A DNA stretch of 64,000 nucleotides, taken from contig OX597840.1 of assembly GCA_951406725.2 (NCBI GenBank), forward strand, positions 21,204,001-21,268,000, in the 5' to 3' direction. This stretch comes from Octopus vulgaris. Its lineage: Eukaryota. Every line of letters starts with the position of its first letter. The first letter of the stretch is position 1. Shown piece by piece: positions 52,591 through 64,000 of this stretch. A program made the translations under genes and the position numbers. Under the pieces are notes generated by a model, which did no database searches, was not told the origin of the DNA, and saw nothing but the letters and a program-made list of their open reading frames with translations.

Positions 52591-53063
52591 AAGTGTTAGT
52601 GTGTCAGACGAAAATGTTCTGTGGTGTTTTCCCCCCAGTTCTTTCAGTTTTGAGCATTTTCCTCCCTCTGGGGAGTTCCATACAGTACAGCACCAATCAA
52701 ATACTGGGGTTTGGTTAATAGTGACTGACCATTCCATCTCATCCAGGAAAAAAAGAAAAAAAAAAGGGGGAAAATACTATCGACTTTGAGCCTAGTTGAA
52801 AAACAATTCCTATTTCCCCCGTCTCTGAAATGAAATTGTGAAATGCCAGGCAATTATTATTGCAGTTAAGTTTATTAACAATGTTAATAAACATTCAGGC
52901 GGAAGTTTAAATGAATAACGGAGGTAATTAGTTTTAATGAAGGTACTGAGAGATAAGCTCGTTAATATTGTGGAGAGATTATTTAGTTGAGATCGTAGTA
53001 GTGAGACAGTTAGTTGACTGAATCAAACCCCAATGCACCACTGGTATTTTGGTGAGAGTAAGT

Positions 53064-53285
53064 GGAGGGGCTTGGCTTGGTGGTTAAGGTGTTGGACTCC
53101 TGGTTGTAAGATTGTGGTTTCGATTCCTGGACCAAGTGATGCAGTGTGTTCTTGAGCAAAACACTTCATTTCACGTTGTTCCAGTCCACTCAGCTGGCAA
53201 AAAGGAGTAACCCTGTGATAGGCCTCTTGTCCAGGGGTAAGATATATACACGCCACAGACACACCAAGGAATCGGACCCTTGGGT
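53064..53285 (+). mobile_element. tRNA-derived SINE with CORE-like body (related copy at 43565-43750)
   Basis: TGGCTTGGTGGTTAAGG...GTTTCGATTCC then GTGTTCTTGAGCAAAACACTT. Confidence 0.7.
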
Positions 53286-53442
53286 CTAATAAAAAAAAAA
53301 AAAAAAATGGCACTCCATTGGTTATGACAATGAGGGTTCCTGTTGATCCGACCAAAGGGACAGCCTGCTCGTGAAAGTGGCTGAGTACTCCACAGACACT
53401 TGTGTACCCTTAATGTAGATGTGAGGAAGATTCAGCGTGTGA

Positions 53443-53828
53443 CTGTGTGGTAAGAAGCTTGCTTCCCAACCACATAGTTCCTGGTTCAGTCCCACTGCAT
53501 GGTACCTTGGGCAAGTGTCTTCTACTATAGCCTAAGGCTGACCAAAGCCTTGTGAGTGGATTTGGTAGATGGAAACTGAAAGAAGCCCACCGTGTGTGTG
53601 TGTGTATGTATGTATGTATGTATAAATCTATATGTGTGTGTGTCTCCCACTATTGCCACTTGACAACCAGTGTTGGTGTGTTTATGTCCCTGTAACTTAG
53701 CGGTTCAGCAAGAGACCGACAGAATAAGTAATAGGCTTAGAAATAAGTCGTGAGGTAGATTTGTTTGACTAAAACCTCTCAAGGGGTGCTCCAGCATGGT
53801 CACAGTCAAATGACTGAAACAAATGAAA

Positions 53829-53830
<2 letters not shown>
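53443..53830 (+). mobile_element. SINE family A
   Basis: Match to 25364-25816. Confidence 0.8.
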
Positions 53831-53878
<48 letters not shown>

Positions 53879-55280
53879 CAATGATGTAATTGTCTATTTT
53901 TTAGAATGACATTGTAGGGTAGGTGTGAAATGTTGGATCTGGCCAGTCTGAACATAAACAAAGTAGAATATTTTGACCGGTTCTGGCCAGTTTGAATGCT
54001 GAACAGTTAATTCCCATTCTACTCAGACGGATCCTCGGAAGCCATCCGATGTTTGTAAATTCCATTTATGCTTTTATAATTAAATATTATTAAGTTTCAC
54101 AACAAAATCTTATACGGACCCCAAGGGTTATACAGGGCCCAGTTCAAAAAGCATGGATCTAGTGTGAAGGGCACAGATGGATTGACTACTGAAGTAAGAG
54201 GCACTCCCACATGACAAACCTACCGATAGACAAGCCATCGAGGTACACTCAATCTGGGTACTTAAGCTGCAGGAAATAGCAGCCAAATTCCCCTACAACT
54301 CACACATAATTATCTTTAAACAGGGAAGGCAACATTGGATAATATAATCCTAGATACACTGTGAGCAAGGGGGAGGAGAAAACCAACAGACCAGAGATCT
54401 ATATTTCCTTATACGGTCATCTCCCCCTCCTCATCATTAAACATCCGATTTCTCTGCTGGCATGGACTGGATGGTTTGACAGGAGCTCCGAAGGCCAGTC
54501 TGTTTTAGCCTGGCTTCTATGGCTGAATGCCCTTCCTAATACCAACCACTTTACAGAGTGTACTGGGTGCTTTTTACGTGACACCAGCACCAGTGCTTTA
54601 TGTGGGCCAGCGCCAGTACTTTTTATGATGCACCATCGCCTGTGCCTTCTGTGGAACCAGCACCAGCGCTTTTTATGTGGCACCAGTACCAGTGTGTTTG
54701 ACATGGCACAAAAAAAACCCCCAGCCTATTTCCATCCAAGTGGTGTTAAATTATTGAGAGTTCAAAACCACTGAGCTCGCAGAGTCGCAAAGGTGCCCAG
54801 GGCATTGTTTGTGCCCATAAATTTGAGAGATGGTGTCGGGTTTGAGGGAAAAACCCCAACTTAAGTGGAATTATCAGATTACAAAAAGACAAAAAAATAT
54901 AGTCAAGCATTAAGTATTGTCGAGGATCCGATTATTGTCTGAACTCGCCAGACTAGAGTGGCATGGAAGGCTAACACTTATTTCTTTTTATCTACACTCG
55001 TTTTATATTTGGCTGGTAGCTACAAATACACACACACACACACACACACTAGACACATGTATGTGGAAGCTCAAGTGCTTCACAAACACACCTCCATGCA
55101 CACATACGCATTCATACACATTGCAGATGTGCATAGAGGCACACACTCATATGCATTGCAGCAGCTGTACAATTGCACATTCAAACATTGCTGCCTGTGT
55201 GTGTGTGTGTCTGTGTGTGTATTAGACACACAGATACATAATATATAAATAATAATTATATATATGTATATATATACAGA

Positions 55281-55354
<74 letters not shown>

Positions 55355-55435
55355 CACATATATTTATACATAAATGTTCATCGGCTGAATATTCTGTCTT
55401 TGTCACTCTCTATTTACATGTATATATGGATGTAT

Positions 55436-55484
<49 letters not shown>

Positions 55485-55520
55485 CTAGCTCAAGCGGCTT
55501 TATTTGTTCATCTGAATTAT

Positions 55521-55561
<41 letters not shown>

Positions 55562-56601
55562 GTACACACACACACATACATACATACACATATGTATACA
55601 TACACACACACATATATAGATAGACAGAGAGAGAAAGAGGCACACACGCAGACACATAGTAGATATACACAAAGTCACCCTTTCAAACACAATGTCCTAC
55701 ACACACACACACACACCTATAAATATACACACACACACACACAAAACCACATTCAGATGCATTACAGCTCCCACCACCACACAACACACACACACACATC
55801 AAAGCTACACACACACACACACTCTAAAATGCGCTGCATTTCTCCACACACACACACACACACACATGCATTACAGATGTTCATTCATTCCTGCACAAAT
55901 TACAAGCCTGCATCTTACGCACCCCCACACACATCTGCAGAAACCCAGGCCCCACCCCCGTCCCCCCGAAAATAATTTCTTGTCTTTGAGAATATTTCAA
56001 AGGAACAGGTGTTTCAGCCCCTTTCCCTAAGCACCAACTCTTTCGCTGTGAAGAGGGTGCAGCTGCTCTCAACGATGGCACCAACACTCACGTGCCCCCA
56101 CCCCCCATGCCATGTTCTTTAGAACTGCTGTCGAGAGGTGGTGGAGAAGTTTTGAGGCAGATCTAGAAGTTTCTGCGTTCCATCAGACAACCTACAACGA
56201 TGCCTCTACACAGTTGCTCAACCTGCAAGAAATAGCAGCCAAATCCTTTTCCTCAAAATCACATCCTAACCATCTTACAAAATGCAGGACACACTAAACT
56301 ACTGCAGTCCGAGATAAACATATGCATATTTCTTTTCTCATTCTAATTGTCTCATTCACTGGAATGTGGCCCTGCTGGAGCACCACCTCAGAAGGTTTAG
56401 TCGAACAAATTGACCTCAAGTGCTTATTTTCAAACCCCTTATTTTATCGGCTGCTTTTGCTGAACTGCTAAGTTATGGGGACGTAAACAAACTGACACCA
56501 GATGTGAAGCTCTGCAGGACAGACCAGAAACACATGCACACACAATTTATTATTCTTAAACAAGAATGTTGTTGACAGCGACTTCAATTAAGTCATCATT
56601 C

Positions 56602-56657
56602 GACGGCCAATGATGGCCAGTGACGGCTTAGCTGGTCAAAACTTTGAAGTCCCTGTC
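56602..56657 (+). ncRNA. Degenerate hammerhead motif inside a fold-back element (56560-56671)
   Basis: GACGG-CCAATGA-T-GGCCAG(11 nt)CTGGTC-AAAA-CTTTGAAG-TC-CCTGTC. Two G>A changes at CpG sites separate it from CCGATGA and GAAA. Confidence 0.5.
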
Positions 56658-56822
56658 AACAACAATCTTGTATGAAAACAATAGACTTGTACTCTACAAA
56701 ACTATAGAGTAACGCATCAGATTAAAGGAAAATTGTTTTTATTAGAACTGAATATAAAAGCAATAATTAATATGCACGCAGACACGTCTCCATGGTTTCC
56801 ACCTATCAAATTCACTCACATA

Positions 56823-57167
56823 GGCGCAGGAGTGGCTGTGTGGTAAGTAGCTTGCTTACAAACCACATGGTTCTGGATTCACTCCCACTGTGTGGCACCT
56901 TGGGCAAGTGTCTTCTACTAAAGCCTTGGGCCAACTAAAGCCTTGTGAGTGGATTTGGTAGACGGAAACTGAAAGAAGCCCATCGTATATATGTATGTGT
57001 GTCTGTCCCCCCAACATCGCTTGACAACCGATGCTGGTGTGTTTACGTCCCCATTCAGCAAAAGTGACCGATGGAATAAGTACTAGGCTTACAAAGAATA
57101 AGTCCTGGGGTCGATTTGCTCGACTAAAACATGGCCACAGTCAAATGACTGAAACAAGTAAAAGAGC
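56823..57167 (+). mobile_element. SINE family A
   Basis: Match to 25364-25816. Confidence 0.85.
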
Positions 57168-57685
57168 AAAAGCTTTGACCAGACTGAGGTGGAAGTAGAA
57201 GACACTGGCCCCGAAGTGCCACGCAGCAGGGTTGAACCCACAACCATCTGGTTGCAAAGTGAACTTCTCAACCACACAGCCATATCTATGCAATCTATAA
57301 ATATGGCCACATTTATGTACACAGCACCATAAATACGAATACACATGCACAAGTGTATCCTGGAGTACAGGTTACTAAACAAAAGCAACCGGCAATCTCT
57401 CAGTTTGACTCATCAATTCAATGTGAGAGTTTCCTTGAAATATTCTCATTCAGATTATAGGAACTGGAGAGAGAGGCCACTTCAGCAGAAAGCAGTCAAG
57501 TTTAGCTCCTGATAAGAGCCTGGTGAAGCAGCTGAAACACGAAATACACTCACTGCTCTCTCTTTTATCATTCTGCAATACGGACAGGCTTTTATCACAT
57601 TCATTACACAGACATATAAGTAAAACAAACAGGGCAGCCAGGACTATATATGGATATATTGCTCCCCCTTCTCTCTCACTCTCTC

Positions 57686-57842
57686 TATACTTTATTTAAA
57701 GCAGCAGAAAATTTAACGGGGAAACTCAGAGTAACAGGTTTTGTTGAATTTTCTGCTGCTTTAAATAAAGCATATTACTCTATCCCTGGTATTTGAGTAC
57801 TCTTTTTTTCTCCACCTTGTTTCACATTTATGTGTTTACTCC

Positions 57843-57848
<6 letters not shown>
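57686..57848 (+). mobile_element. Second, internally deleted copy of the 58548-58780 element, in inverted orientation
   Basis: Shares GAAACTCAGAGTAACAGGTTTTGTTGAATTTTCTGCTGC...TGTGTTTACTCC with the other copy; abuts (TA)n. Confidence 0.7.
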
Positions 57849-57890
<42 letters not shown>

Positions 57891-57891
<1 letters not shown>

Positions 57892-58217
57892 TAGAAGTAT
57901 CGCCCGGCGTTGCTCGGGTTTGTTTCGACCCTTTAGAACTGGAATTTTTGAAAAGTAAAAATTTTGCATCATGTAGCTTATTCTCTTTAAGTGGACATTT
58001 TTCTGGTTGAAATACACCGAAAAATGGCGACACAGCAGTCAAAAAATAGTAAAAGATTTTTTCTTCTACGGAATAAAGAGCAAACCTTCTTCTATCATAC
58101 TCTCAATTTTGGTCAACTTGCACTGCAGGGTCTCGGAGGAGATAGTGTTAGTTGAAGGCTACCAAACCTGCCATACACAGACAGACAACTTCAGCTTTAT
58201 ATATAGAGAGAGAGAGA
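57891..58217 (-). mobile_element. Non-autonomous Helitron
   Basis: A|TC 5' end (TCTC..TATATATAAAG), subterminal hairpin CCCGAGCAACGCCGGG, CTAG|T 3' end, no TSD. Confidence 0.8.
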
Positions 58218-58486
58218 TAAAAGAAGAGCTATTTTGAAGAGATAGCTTAACTGTTAACCAATAGAAATTCAGGCATATTCAGCTTTCATTCAAGTACTCA
58301 AGATAATTATTACAAATTATATAATCTTAAGATCGTGTAATTTATGGAGGTTATAAAAGATAAACTAACGCTTTTGTTTTGTTCTGCTCGTGGACTTATA
58401 TTCTGGCCAATAACTGATGAGGATCTGGTGACCTTCAGTGTCTGTTTCCCCCTTTGTTTGTACATTTGTTATGGTTTTTATTAACT

Positions 58487-58547
<61 letters not shown>

Positions 58548-58550
<3 letters not shown>

Positions 58551-58780
58551 CTGGAGTAAACACATAAATGTGAAACAAGGTGGAAAAAAGAGTACTCAAA
58601 TACCAGTGGTAGAGTAATATGCTTTATTTAAAAGCAGCAGAAAATTCAACAAAACCTGTTACTCTGAGTTTCACGTTTCTGTTCGTCGGACAGTTTTAGC
58701 AAAAACTGTCCGACAAACGGAAATGTGAAACTCAGAGTAACAGGTTTTGTTGAATTTTCTGCTACTTTGAATAAAGTATA
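58548..58780. mobile_element. Fold-back element (Penelope-like terminus) with two back-to-back hammerhead motifs
   Basis: About 80-bp inverted arms (58622-58780). Consensus of the two arms: CTGT-CCGACGA-ACG(gaaa)CGT-GAAA-CTCAGAG-TA-ACAG. Flanked by (TA)n. Confidence 0.6.
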
Positions 58781-58910
58781 TATATATATATATCACGTGA
58801 TCACGTGACTGATCAGACCATCAGATGTTGTTACACATTGCTGGTCACAATGCGTTCGCATTGTTTTAGCCTTCGAATGACGCCACCCCGCTGGCTAAGT
58901 GAGCAGGCCA

Positions 58911-58942
<32 letters not shown>

Positions 58943-59610
58943 TAAAATACAATAAAGATAATTAGAACCCAATAAGTACACAAACACACATACAGGTGTA
59001 GGCTCTGGGTTCAGTCCCACCTCGTGGCACCTTGGACAGGTGTTTTCTACTATAGCCACAGGCCGACCAAAGCCTTGTAAGTGGATATCGTAGATAGAAA
59101 CTAAAAAGAAGCCCATCATATGTGTGTGTGTGTGTGTGTTGGTGTCTGTGTTTGCCCCCCCCCCTCACTGCTTAACAACTGATGTTGGTGTGTTTACGCC
59201 CCTGTAACTTAGTGGTTCGGCAAAAGTGAACGATAAAATAAGTACCGGAATTAAGCATAAAAGAAAACTGGGATTGATTCATTTGACTAAGAGATTCTAC
59301 GAAGCGGTGCCCCAGCATGGCCGCAGTCTAATGACTGAAACATATGGAAGCCTGTAGACACTCAAGTGGTGCCCCAGCATGGCCGCAGTCTAATGACTGA
59401 AACATACGAAAGCCAGTAGACACTCAAGGCTTCCTCCCAGCTCCATTTGACTGATCCATTTAGTTCACGGCCAGGTTACAATTGGAAGCATCAGGCCTAC
59501 AATGGCAGCCTGACCACAAACTGACAAACCACATACCTTGTATATGTGTGTGTGTATATATCTATACACACACACACACACACATACTATATAGACATAC
59601 ATATATATAG

Positions 59611-59659
59611 TTACTACTGATGAGTTTGTAATTCTCAAATGAAACTATGGTTCCAGTGA
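59611..59659 (+). ncRNA. Degenerate hammerhead motif
   Basis: TTACTA-CTGATGA-GTTTG(taattct)CAAAT-GAAA-CTATGGTTC-CAGTGA; core intact, stems I and III imperfect. Confidence 0.45.
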
Positions 59660-59826
59660 TCTCGTTCACTGTGGGGCAGTAATCTCCCTTGCCAATATAT
59701 GAAATTGTGCTTTCTGCAGCTGTAAGGGCTTTTCAGCTCTTATTTCTAGCAATGTACAAATAGTGACAACTGAAGTTTTCCTTTTTGGTCTTATATTGGA
59801 TATAGCCACCATTTTATATATATATA

Positions 59827-60213
59827 TCTCTTTATATATAAAAGTGAAATTGTGTGTCTGTCTCCTACGATTTAGATTCCTAACTACTCCCACATTTTGT
59901 GGTGCAGTTTAACCAAAACCGGGTATCTTATAGTCATGATTCATATCGAGCCCTCCTGGGTATTAACGCACGTCTATGATGAGTCTATGATTTTAAAAAA
60001 ATTTACCATAATTTTTTTCCATTTTAATGCATTTTTTTCGCTATTATATAAGGGAACTAACTCTAAAAATGTCTACGATGAGTCAACGATTTTTAATAAA
60101 ATTTACCATCATTTTTAATGCATTTTTTTGCTATTTTTTGCCCATAACTCTCTAAAAATGCTTATTTAGTTATTTCCCTTACAAACCCGAGCAATGCCGG
60201 GCGATACTGCTAG
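59827..60213 (+). mobile_element. Non-autonomous Helitron
   Basis: A|TCTCTTTATATATAAAAG 5' end, hairpin CCCGAGCAATGCCGGG, CTAG|T 3' end; internal tandem duplication. Confidence 0.82.
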
Positions 60214-60254
<41 letters not shown>

Positions 60255-60847
60255 GCAAATGAAAGAAGGATGATGGAATATATGAGAATTTATTATTAAT
60301 CACGACAATTGTTTCGACACATCCAGCATTGATTCCTCTTGGGTGGGACACTCAACAACTGGTTCAGGGGCATCCGGTGGTGCAGATGTATCTCGTTATT
60401 GATGAATAGATACAACTCGTTAAAATAACTGTTTTGCAATGTAACTTCCTGTTTTGCAGAAAGAAAGGCAACCAGACGGAGGAAATATCTTACATAGAAG
60501 ATCAAAAATAAAAATCCCAGATGGCAAAAAGAGAAACGAACACACAATCTGGCGAGAAAAATATTAAAAATAACCGTTAACAGATAGGGATGTATATACG
60601 CCCACGAGCAAGCAGCATGGCGCGAGCACACTTGCTCATACAAGCATCCGCACACGTGAGGTTTGGTGCCCTCAAGATCACAAAGTGAGTTAGCTATCAA
60701 ATTGGTGTCTGTAATAACGGGAGGTTAAAAGTAAACTTGAGTCATCCATAAATTAAAGTAAATTAAATTATGTTAACGGTTACTCAAAATTAATTCCCAA
60801 TGCATTGTGTGTAAGTACAGCAATTCTATTAATGATTAGCAGCTTCA

Positions 60848-61020
60848 GGACCTGTCCGAACTCTCAGGTCTGCACAGATGGAGCCGCGAATGGCTCGCTA
60901 TCTCCAGTGACCTCACACAGGACCATCGAGCGTGGGCCGCCATGGTTCGTGATGCCATTAGGACCAGAGAAGAAGCCGGCTCAACCCACCCTGGGTGAAC
61001 ACCGTCACAAGTACAAGTAG
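60848..61020 (+). mobile_element. RTE-clade LINE 3' fragment
   Basis: GLHRWSREWLAISSDLTQDHRAWAAMVRDA...GSTHPG*; CAAGTACAAGTA tail; related to 43879-44169. Confidence 0.75.
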
Positions 61021-61974
61021 TCTACTAATGATCTTCTTGTTAGATAGGGATTCCTCGGGGCAGAGACGACATCTCCTGGAAATTATACTGTATGGTTTCG
61101 CGTGCCTTACTATGGATCAATTAATGTTGTACTTCATTTTATCCTCCTTCAGTCACCAAACAAAATCTGCCAAAGATGTTGAATGTCTCTCATTGATTGT
61201 CTTAAAGCTGGCAACACGGTTACAATGATGGTTCTTAAATATATATCCAGTGCCACCTGACTGGCCCCATACCTGTAGCATGTAAAAAGCACCCACTACA
61301 CTCTCAGAGTGGTTGGCATTAGGAAGGGCATCCAGCTGTAGAAACCTTGCCGGAACAGACTGGAGCCTGGTGCAGCCTCCTGGTTTGCTGGTCCTTAGTC
61401 AAACTGTTCAAACCATACCAGCATGGGATGATGATGATATATATATACACACACACACACACACCTATCTACCTATATACCTATTTCTTTACTGCCCACA
61501 AGGGGCTAAACACAGAGGGGACAAATGGATTAAGTCGATTATATCGATCCCAGTGCGTAACTGGTACTTTATTTATCGACCCCGAAAGGATGAAAGGCAA
61601 AGTCGACCTCGGCAGAATTTGAACTCAGAACATAGCGACAGGCGAAATACTGTCAAGCATTTTGCCCGGTGTGCCAACGTGCCTCCCAGCTCCCCACCAT
61701 CTACCTCTATATTTACACCCATACCCACACACACGTCTCTGTACTAACGAAGAACCCCAACTAAAATGTCGATGTTGTCTCCGAGACCCACAACAAACAT
61801 TCTCCAAAATTATTAAACTGTTTATTGACACTTGCTGAGTCTTTTCCCTATTCTTTCTTCTCTTTCTTCTTCCTCACAATTTCCTGTTTGTTTTGTTTGT
61901 TTTTCTTTTTTTTTCATACAAAGACGACACACAGCACAAATCAATAAGTCAACAGGCAACGGGCCGTGTCCCTT

Positions 61975-62160
61975 ACCATCTGCCTGGTTATGAAACAGCC
62001 ACACTTCGCTGTTGCTGCATGACTGACATCGATTACGAGAGACGAACATCGAGCGAGCGCCTCCCTCCTCCTCCTCCTCTGCTCTCCTTCACTCCCACCA
62101 ACACCCTCCCCCAACAAAGACGCACACACAGACGCACTTGCAAATGCATGCTCAAGCAGA
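61975..62160 (-). promoter_or_regulatory. Candidate internal promoter/alternative first exon ending ATG|gtaagg
   Basis: Unique CpG-containing island; Inr-like TCAGTC at 62026-62021; ATG (61979-61977) directly followed by a strong donor, phase 0. Confidence 0.4.
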
Positions 62161-62782
62161 TAAAGCACACACACACACACACACCCGAGCATATTGTACT
62201 AAACACGCACATTTACCCAACCATGCATAGAGAAAAATCAAGCACACACACACACACAGTTAAGCACACTGTACAGAGCTAACAACACACACACACACAA
62301 ATTAGCCATTCATGCACACAGAATGCCAAGCACACACAAACATGCATGCACAAACACATTTCTTTCTCTCTCTCTTTCTCTCTCTCTCCCACACGCACAG
62401 CCGAGCATAATGTGTACAAAGCTTAGCACACACGTGAACGCATATTCAAACACATCATACACAGCACATAAGCACACACATACATACACACAGTCAGGTA
62501 CACGTACACACTCACACGGCCAAACATATTGTACAAAGCACACACAGCAACACTTACACATTCAAACACACAGAGACGTAAGCACATACGCACACACACT
62601 GCCAAACATATTCCACAGCGCTAAACACATACACACACAGGAACCCAAACACGCACGCACACACACACACAGGAACCCAAACACGCACGCACACACACAC
62701 ACACAGGAACCCAAACACGCACACACACATTGTACAAAGCTTAGCAGAGACATATAATCACTTACTCAAACACACATAGAAC

Positions 62783-62833
<51 letters not shown>

Positions 62834-62948
62834 GTAGCGTTCACTTTATTCATTCCATCCAAGCAACAGAATCAGTTTTCTCCGCTCAAAGACAAAAAAC
62901 ACCTGAAAAGAGATTTAACTCAAAGAACTCCAAGAAATAGAAACGAAC

Positions 62949-63040
62949 CTTTGCCATTTGTGCTTGAAAACCACTGGCTTGTAATTCTTGGACTGCATAT
63001 TCAGCAGCTTGTGGAGTCTCAAAATCGACAAACCCGTAGC
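62949..63040 (-). CDS. shep: shep/RBMS-family RNA-binding protein, exon encoding the C-terminal half of RRM1: (G)[30 protein letters not shown]
   Basis: ttcag| acceptor and AAG|gttcgt donor; 92 nt (phase 1 to 0). Contains the RNP1 end GYGFVDF and the RBMS/shep hallmark QAQMAK. Upstream exons are outside the window. Confidence 0.93.
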
Positions 63041-63139
63041 CTGAAGAACGAGAAGGAAAACATTATAGGAGTGCATTGTTGAAGGTTTGTTGAGGGATTT
63101 TGGTAATAAATGAAGGGGTTAATTGGAACAACTGGTGCA

Positions 63140-63320
63140 GGGACAAGACAAAACGAAAAAGCTCATTTATTATGACCACATTTGAAGAAGCAGAGGTTTG
63201 GAAGACATTATCATGGAAAGAAGAGTCGAGGGGGGTAGAAGATGGGACGGGCCAAGGACGCAGTGGATGGACAACATCATGAGCTGGTTGGACAAGAGGG
63301 TCCGAGCAGCTGGAGAACTT
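63140..63320 (+). mobile_element. RTE-clade LINE ORF C-terminal fragment
   Basis: KLIYYDHI*RSRGLEDIIMERRVEGGRRWDGPRTQWMDNI fits the RTE KLxYFGH...GRPRxxWxDNI motif. Confidence 0.7.
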
Positions 63321-63329
63321 GTGTTCAAT

Positions 63330-63512
63330 ACTCTTTCACTTGTTTCAGCCATTTGGCTGTGGCCATGCTGGAGCACCGCCTTTAGTCGAGCAAATTGACC
63401 CCAGGACTTATTCTTTATAAGCCTAGTACTTATTCTATCAGTCTTTTTTACCGAACCTAAGTTACGGGGATGTAAACACACCAGCATCGGTTGTCATCGG
63501 TGAGACACACAG

Positions 63513-63553
<41 letters not shown>

Positions 63554-63700
63554 CACACACATATATACGACAGGCTTCTTTCAGTTTCCGTCTACCAAAT
63601 CCACTCACAAGGCTTTGGTCGGCCCAAGGTGCCACGCAGTGGGACTGAACCCAAAACCATGTGGTTGGTTAGCAAGCTACTTACCACACAGCCACTCCTA
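63330..63700 (-). mobile_element. SINE family A
   Basis: Reverse-complement match. Further partial copies near 13911, 24860, 26027, 47680, 48905, 49540 and 59000. Confidence 0.8.
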
Positions 63701-64000
63701 TGCCTATGTTATCTTTTACCTATATATACCTATATATTATCTTTTGCTTGTTTCAGCCATTGGGCTGCAACCAGACTGGGGAACTATTTTCAGGAATCTA
63801 CAATGAACGATTTGACTCCAGTACTTATGCTTTCTTCTTTAAGCCCGGTACCAGTTCTATCAGTCTCTTTTGCTGAACCACTAAGTTATGGGGGATGTAA
63901 ACACCCACCCACACACACACTGGTTGTAAAGCAGTGTTGTGGGACAAACATAGATGCAAAGGCAGACAGAGAGAGACACACAAACACATCTTCGTATATA

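Overview
AT-rich, microsatellite- and SINE-dense animal genomic DNA. The repeat families look like octopus/coleoid cephalopod (inference). The one clear gene is on the minus strand: the 3' part of an alan shepard (shep)/RBMS1-3 type two-RRM RNA-binding protein. I could splice it by hand into 8 phase-consistent GT-AG coding exons (63040-62949, 36834-36615, 35581-35463, 34359-34316, 28729-28540, 26594-26490, 25273-25190, 21596-21516). Its 5' exons lie beyond position 64000, and a long, probably spliced 3' UTR follows the stop. The introns hold tRNA-derived SINEs, RTE and CR1 LINE 3' fragments, piggyBac and Tc1/mariner MITEs, two non-autonomous Helitrons, a 34-bp minisatellite and long fold-back elements. 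The most unusual signal is a set of short elements, from several different sequence families, carrying minimal type I hammerhead-ribozyme motifs of the Penelope-like-element kind. They have different core variants (CUGAUGA, UUGAAAA with U3-A8 covariation, CCGACGA). One sits at the 3' end of a tRNA-headed SINE, and one looks intact on the pre-mRNA strand. The 26-kb intron between RRM1 and RRM2 also holds candidate internal first exons that would give RRM2-only isoforms. Almost all entries in the supplied ORF track are microsatellite or SINE artefacts.
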